Below are positions 60,841 through 64,000 of a stretch of 64,000 nucleotides of DNA, one piece after another. Source of the DNA: Thermoplasmata archaeon (GTDB taxonomy: Archaea; Thermoplasmatota; Thermoplasmata; Lutacidiplasmatales; UBA184). Both the position numbers and the translations under genes were made by a program. The stretch is taken from the NCBI GenBank assembly GCA_033854115.1, contig JAWOKS010000008.1, positions 9,828-73,827 on the forward strand, in the 5' to 3' direction. A model generated the notes under the pieces. That model did no database searches. It was not told where the DNA came from and saw only the letters and a list, made by a program, of their open reading frames with translations. Each line of letters starts with the position of its first letter. Positions within the stretch are counted from its first letter, which is position 1.

Positions 60841-62271
60841 CTACAGCGACCCGGGGCGGCCCGGGTTGTCGAAGTTCGTGAGGAGGAGCTGGCCGCGGTT
60901 CTTCGGGCGGGCGACGGGCGCGAGCAGGGGGTCCTCCTCGAGCGCGGGGAGCGTCTCGGAGATCGGCACGTCGATCTGGATCTCGCGCGTCCGGCCGCCG
61001 CGACCGCGCGAGACGATCGTCGCGCGCACGAGCCCAAGGGTCTCGAGCTCGCTCACGTAGTTCGAGATCGAGCGGGCGTGGAGCGGCGGGAGCCCAAGCC
61101 GCTCGGTGAGACGCCGGTAGGCGTCGTAGACCTCGCCGGTGAGGACGCCCGTGCGCCGGCGCTCGTAGAGCTGGAGGATCGCGTAGAGGAGGATCTTGCA
61201 GTGCGGCGGGAGGGTCCGGCAGCACTCGACGACGATGTCCTGCTCGAGCCGGTTCTTCGCCTTCACGACGTGGTCGGGCGTGATCCGCTTCGCGTGGTCG
61301 CGCTCGGCCATCTCGGCGGAGAGCCGGAGGAGCGCGAGCGCCCGTCGCGCATCGCCGTTCTCGAGCGCGGCGTAGGCGGCGCACCGCTCGACGACACCCG
61401 GGTCGACGACGTCGTCCTTGAACGCCTCGCGGGCCCGGTCCCGGAGGATGTCCTGGAGCTCGCTCGCGTTGTACGGCTGGAAGACGATCTTCTCCTCGTT
61501 GAGCCGGCTGCGGACCCGCGCGTCGAGCTGGTTCGTGAACTTGAGGTCGTTCGAGATGCCGACGAGGCTGAGGCGCGCGGTCTCGAGCTCGGTGTTGAGC
61601 TGGCTCAGGGTGTAGAGGACGTTGTCGCCGCTGCGAGCGACCAGGCGGTCGATCTCGTCGAGGAGGAGGACCGTCGTCCCCCCGTGGGCGTCGAGCAGGC
61701 GGCGCATCGCGGCCTGGACGCGGTCGAGCGACCAGCCGGTCGGGATCCGCTCCGCCTCGCTCGGGGCGTAGGTGTTGCCGATCGTCTGGAGGAGGCTGTA
61801 GGCCGTGTCGAGGTTCCCGCAGTTGACCGCGATGAAGTTGAGCTTCGGCGCGAGCTCGGCGCGCCGCTGGATGTCCTTGCGGACCTGCGCGACCACGGCG
61901 GTCTTGCCGGTCCCGATCTTGCCGTAGATGAGGAGGTTCGACGGGAGCTCGCCCCGGAGCGCGGGGGCGAGGATCTCCGCCACCTTCCGGATCTCGTCCT
62001 CGCGGTGGGGGAGACGCGGCGGGACGTACGAGTCGCGCAGGACCTCGCGGCTTCCCCGGAACAGCTCGCTCCGGCTCTGGAGGAGCGCGTCGAGGAACGC
62101 TCCGGCGCTCCCGCTGTTCCCGGGCGGAGGCGTGGACGAGCCCGTGGGGGCCTCGGCCAAGCCTCCGCCCGGCCGGCGATCGTTGACGGAGGCGACCGCC
62201 GGAGTCTTCGCCTCGTTCGCTTGGGGTCGTACCGGCGTCACCGCCGGGCGATCCTCGGGAGCAGGTGGCAC
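60841..62271 (-). CDS. orc1: Orc1/Cdc6 replication initiator
   Basis: Walker A IYGKIGTGKTAVV, Walker B VLLLDEID, and a C-terminal winged helix (TGEVYDAYRRLTERLGLPPLHARSISNYVSELETLGLV). About 75 aa of disordered N-terminal extension precede the AAA+ core. Confidence 0.9.
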   Translation of the reverse strand: MPPAPEDRPAVTPVRPQANEAKTPAVASVNDRRPGGGLAEAPTGSSTPPPGNSGSAGAFLDALLQSRSELFRGSREVLRDSYVPPRLPHREDEIRKVAEILAPALRGELPSNLLIYGKIGTGKTAVVAQVRKDIQRRAELAPKLNFIAVNCGNLDTAYSLLQTIGNTYAPSEAERIPTGWSLDRVQAAMRRLLDAHGGTTVLLLDEIDRLVARSGDNVLYTLSQLNTELETARLSLVGISNDLKFTNQLDARVRSRLNEEKIVFQPYNASELQDILRDRAREAFKDDVVDPGVVERCAAYAALENGDARRALALLRLSAEMAERDHAKRITPDHVVKAKNRLEQDIVVECCRTLPPHCKILLYAILQLYERRRTGVLTGEVYDAYRRLTERLGLPPLHARSISNYVSELETLGLVRATIVSRGRGGRTREIQIDVPISETLPALEEDPLLAPVARPKNRGQLLLTNFDNPGRPGSL

Positions 62272-62426
62272 CGTCGCGCCTACCCGGGCCTCGGGCGAAG
62301 GTTCGCAGGGTCGTGTGCCATATCTACCTTTTGCCGAAAGTTGTCGCGCGCGTCGCCGACGAGCACGTTGCGACGCGACTCCGACACGACCGAACCGATT
62401 TGAAGGGGGTCCCCCTCCGTCGGACC

Positions 62427-62654
62427 GTGAGCGAGCCCGCGATCGCCTCCGCGCCGTCCCCGATCGCCGCCGCGGACGCGGGCGCGGTCTCGATCCCGCT
62501 CGTGGTCGGCTCCGCGCTCCTCATCGGGATCGGCCTCCTCGGGGTCGCGTACTGGCTGATCACGTTCCGCTGGCTCTACTTCGCGAGCCTCGTGCCGCTC
62601 ATCGTCGGAGCGTTCCTCCTCTTCACCCGCGCGACGGGGCCGGACCACGCCTAG
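62427..62654 (+). CDS. Small 2-TM membrane protein (hypothetical)
   Basis: A GTG at 62427 inside track ORF 62265..62654. The hydrophobic segments are IPLVVGSALLIGIGLLGVAYWLI and LYFASLVPLIVGAFLLF. Confidence 0.4.
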   Translation: MSEPAIASAPSPIAAADAGAVSIPLVVGSALLIGIGLLGVAYWLITFRWLYFASLVPLIVGAFLLFTRATGPDHA

Positions 62655-62700
62655 CCCGATCGCCGCCAGGGCGCCCCCGGACCGCGCGCCCCGACCCCGG

Positions 62701-63486
62701 GTGGTTGTGAAGCTCGGCGGTAGCCTCATCACCCGGAAGCGCGAGGTCGAGAAGCTCCGGCCGAAGGTCCTCCGCCGCCTCGCCGAAGAGATCGCCGAGG
62801 TCCGGGACCGGGAGGTCGTGGTCCTCCATGGCGCGGGCTCGTTCGGCCACCCCGGCGCGGCACGGTTCGGTCTCGCCCGGGCGCCCGACGACCGCGCGAA
62901 GCCCGCGGAACGGGCCCGGGGGGCCGCGATCGTCTCGGCCGAGGTCCGCCGACTGCATCTCGCGGTCCTCCGGGAGCTCGTGCACGCCGGCGTGTCGGCC
63001 TGGTCGGTCCCCCTCGCGAGCGTCGCGCGGAACCGGGACGGTGCGCTCGCCGACCTCGACGCCCGTCCGTTCGAGGAGGCGCTCGCGCGGGGCAACGTCC
63101 CGGTCGCCTTCGGCGACGTGGTTCCGGACACGAGCTGGGGGTTCTCCATCCTGAGCGCCGACCGCGTGGCGGTCGAGCTCGCCCGCCGGTGGCACCCGGC
63201 CCGGGTCGTCTTCGCGACCGACGTCGCGGGGGTCCTCGAGGGTCCGAAGGGGGGCCCTCGGACGGTCGTCGCGGAGGTGGGGCCCGAGCTCTTCCGCCGG
63301 CTCGCCCCCGCCACCGGGGCGACCGACGTCACGGGCGGGATCCGGGGAAAGGTCGAGGCGATGTGCGCGATCGCGGAGACCGGCTCCGACGCAGTACTTA
63401 TTAGCGGACTCTCCGATGGCGCGGTCTCGAGAGCGATCCGGGGGGAGGCCGTCTACGGGAGCTGGGCCCACGCGCGAGCCCCGTAG
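62701..63486 (+). CDS. Isopentenyl phosphate kinase
   Basis: Amino-acid-kinase fold motifs VVKLGGSLIT and VVLHGAGSFGH, and ATDVTGGIRGK near the C-terminus. Confidence 0.88.
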   Translation: MVVKLGGSLITRKREVEKLRPKVLRRLAEEIAEVRDREVVVLHGAGSFGHPGAARFGLARAPDDRAKPAERARGAAIVSAEVRRLHLAVLRELVHAGVSAWSVPLASVARNRDGALADLDARPFEEALARGNVPVAFGDVVPDTSWGFSILSADRVAVELARRWHPARVVFATDVAGVLEGPKGGPRTVVAEVGPELFRRLAPATGATDVTGGIRGKVEAMCAIAETGSDAVLISGLSDGAVSRAIRGEAVYGSWAHARAP

Positions 63487-64000
63487 CGAGACCGACCGCT
63501 CGGCGCTCGACCTCTCGCACCGCAAGGCCGAGCACGTCAAGGTCGTCCTCGGGCGCGAGGTCGAGGGTCGCTACCGCTACTGGAACGACATCCAGCTCGT
63601 CCACCGAGCGCTCCCCGAGATCGACTTCGAGGAGGTCGACCCCTCCGCGACGTTCCTCGGCCACCGCCTCCGGGCCCCGATCGTGATCACCGGGATGACG
63701 GGGGGTTTCCCGGACGCCGCGAAGATCAACGACAACCTCGCCCGCGCCGCCGCGGAGGTCGGCGTGGCGATGGGCGTCGGGAGCGAGCGCGCCGCGATCC
63801 TGAAGGGCCAGTACCCCGAGAGCTACGCCTGCGTCGCGAAACATGAGGTCCCGCTCAAGATCGCGAACCTCGGGGCGCCCCAGCTGATCCCCCAGGGGCC
63901 GGACTCGCGCGTCGTGGGCGTTGCGGAGGCGCGGGCCGCGATGGAGCTCATCCGGGCGGACGTCCTCGCGGTCCACCTCAACTTCCTCCAGGAGATGGTC
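63416..64000 (+). CDS. fni: Type 2 isopentenyl-diphosphate delta-isomerase (partial; runs off the right edge)
   Basis: Hand translation gives ...LSHRKAEHVKVVLGREVEGRYRYWNDIQLVHRALPEIDFEEVDPSATFLGHRLRAPIVITGMTGGFPDAAKINDNLARAAAEVGVAMGVGSERAAI.... The only in-frame ATG is at 63416, which overlaps the IPK 3' end by 71 nt, so the start is uncertain. Confidence 0.85.
   Translation, partial: MARSRERSGGRPSTGAGPTREPRSETDRSALDLSHRKAEHVKVVLGREVEGRYRYWNDIQLVHRALPEIDFEEVDPSATFLGHRLRAPIVITGMTGGFPDAAKINDNLARAAAEVGVAMGVGSERAAILKGQYPESYACVAKHEVPLKIANLGAPQLIPQGPDSRVVGVAEARAAMELIRADVLAVHLNFLQEMV

Noticed and set aside
59000-61384. N-terminal 795 codons of the 1229-aa ORF 57695..61384, and the first 555 codons of ORF 57458..60610
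   Set aside because: Only the distal parts encode recognisable proteins: SerRS from GTG 58999 and ALDH from ATG 59123. The extensions are antisense to each other's real genes and to orc1, and they are low-complexity.
62272-62426. Replication origin next to orc1
   Set aside because: I could find no AT-rich unwinding element and no repeated ORB or mini-ORB motif by eye. It is reported only as an open question, not as a feature.

Overview
This is a chromosomal segment from a very GC-rich archaeon (about 70% G+C by eye). Archaeal markers include EF-1alpha, uS10, the uS13-uS4-uS11-RpoD block, Pelota, aMBF1, Orc1/Cdc6, TrmY, diphthine synthase, isopentenyl phosphate kinase, type-2 IPP isomerase and an FtsZ-family protein. 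The proteins are not acid-shifted, so it is probably not a haloarchaeon; I cannot place the lineage further.

About 70 protein genes are supportable, plus one tRNA-Phe(GAA). I saw no rRNA and no CRISPR array. Most of the window is housekeeping:
- DNA repair, topology and replication: uvrA, topA, a Hef-like helicase, orc1.
- Translation.
- Lipid and isoprenoid metabolism: psd-pssA, two thiolase loci, a Tes/MJ0619-like radical SAM protein, IPK, fni.
- C1 and central metabolism: fhs, citrate synthase, OTC, ALDH.
- Transport: ABC-2, two MFS, CPA2, kdpFABC plus a tandem Usp.

The ORF track contains many very long R/A/G/P/D/E-rich ORFs, up to 1622 aa. These are antisense or off-frame shadows of real genes, as expected at this GC content, and I rejected them. 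The track also writes M for GTG/TTG starts, so I re-derived several starts.

The only clearly accessory segment is a low-GC island at about 32.2-34.9 kb. It holds a 2297-bp IS6-like element with:
- perfect 11-bp termini, identical 9-bp flanks, and a third solo end abutting it;
- a SWIM-fused DDE transposase;
- an AbrB-like mini-gene behind a repeat-rich divergent promoter;
- a 4-TM passenger protein.

The element sits about 70 bp upstream of a tandem ribbon-helix-helix gene coupled to a divergent FtsZ-family gene (a cdrS-ftsZ2-like arrangement).

Other points worth a second look:
- a thiolase-fold protein lacking both catalytic cysteines, paired with a DUF35 protein;
- a second locus with a bona fide thiolase next to a DUF35 protein that carries a degenerate HMG-CoA-synthase-like N-domain;
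- uS13 with long K/E/A/P-rich extensions;
- a decayed hotdog thioesterase;
- an unlisted kdpF mini-ORF;
- long convergent gene overlaps.
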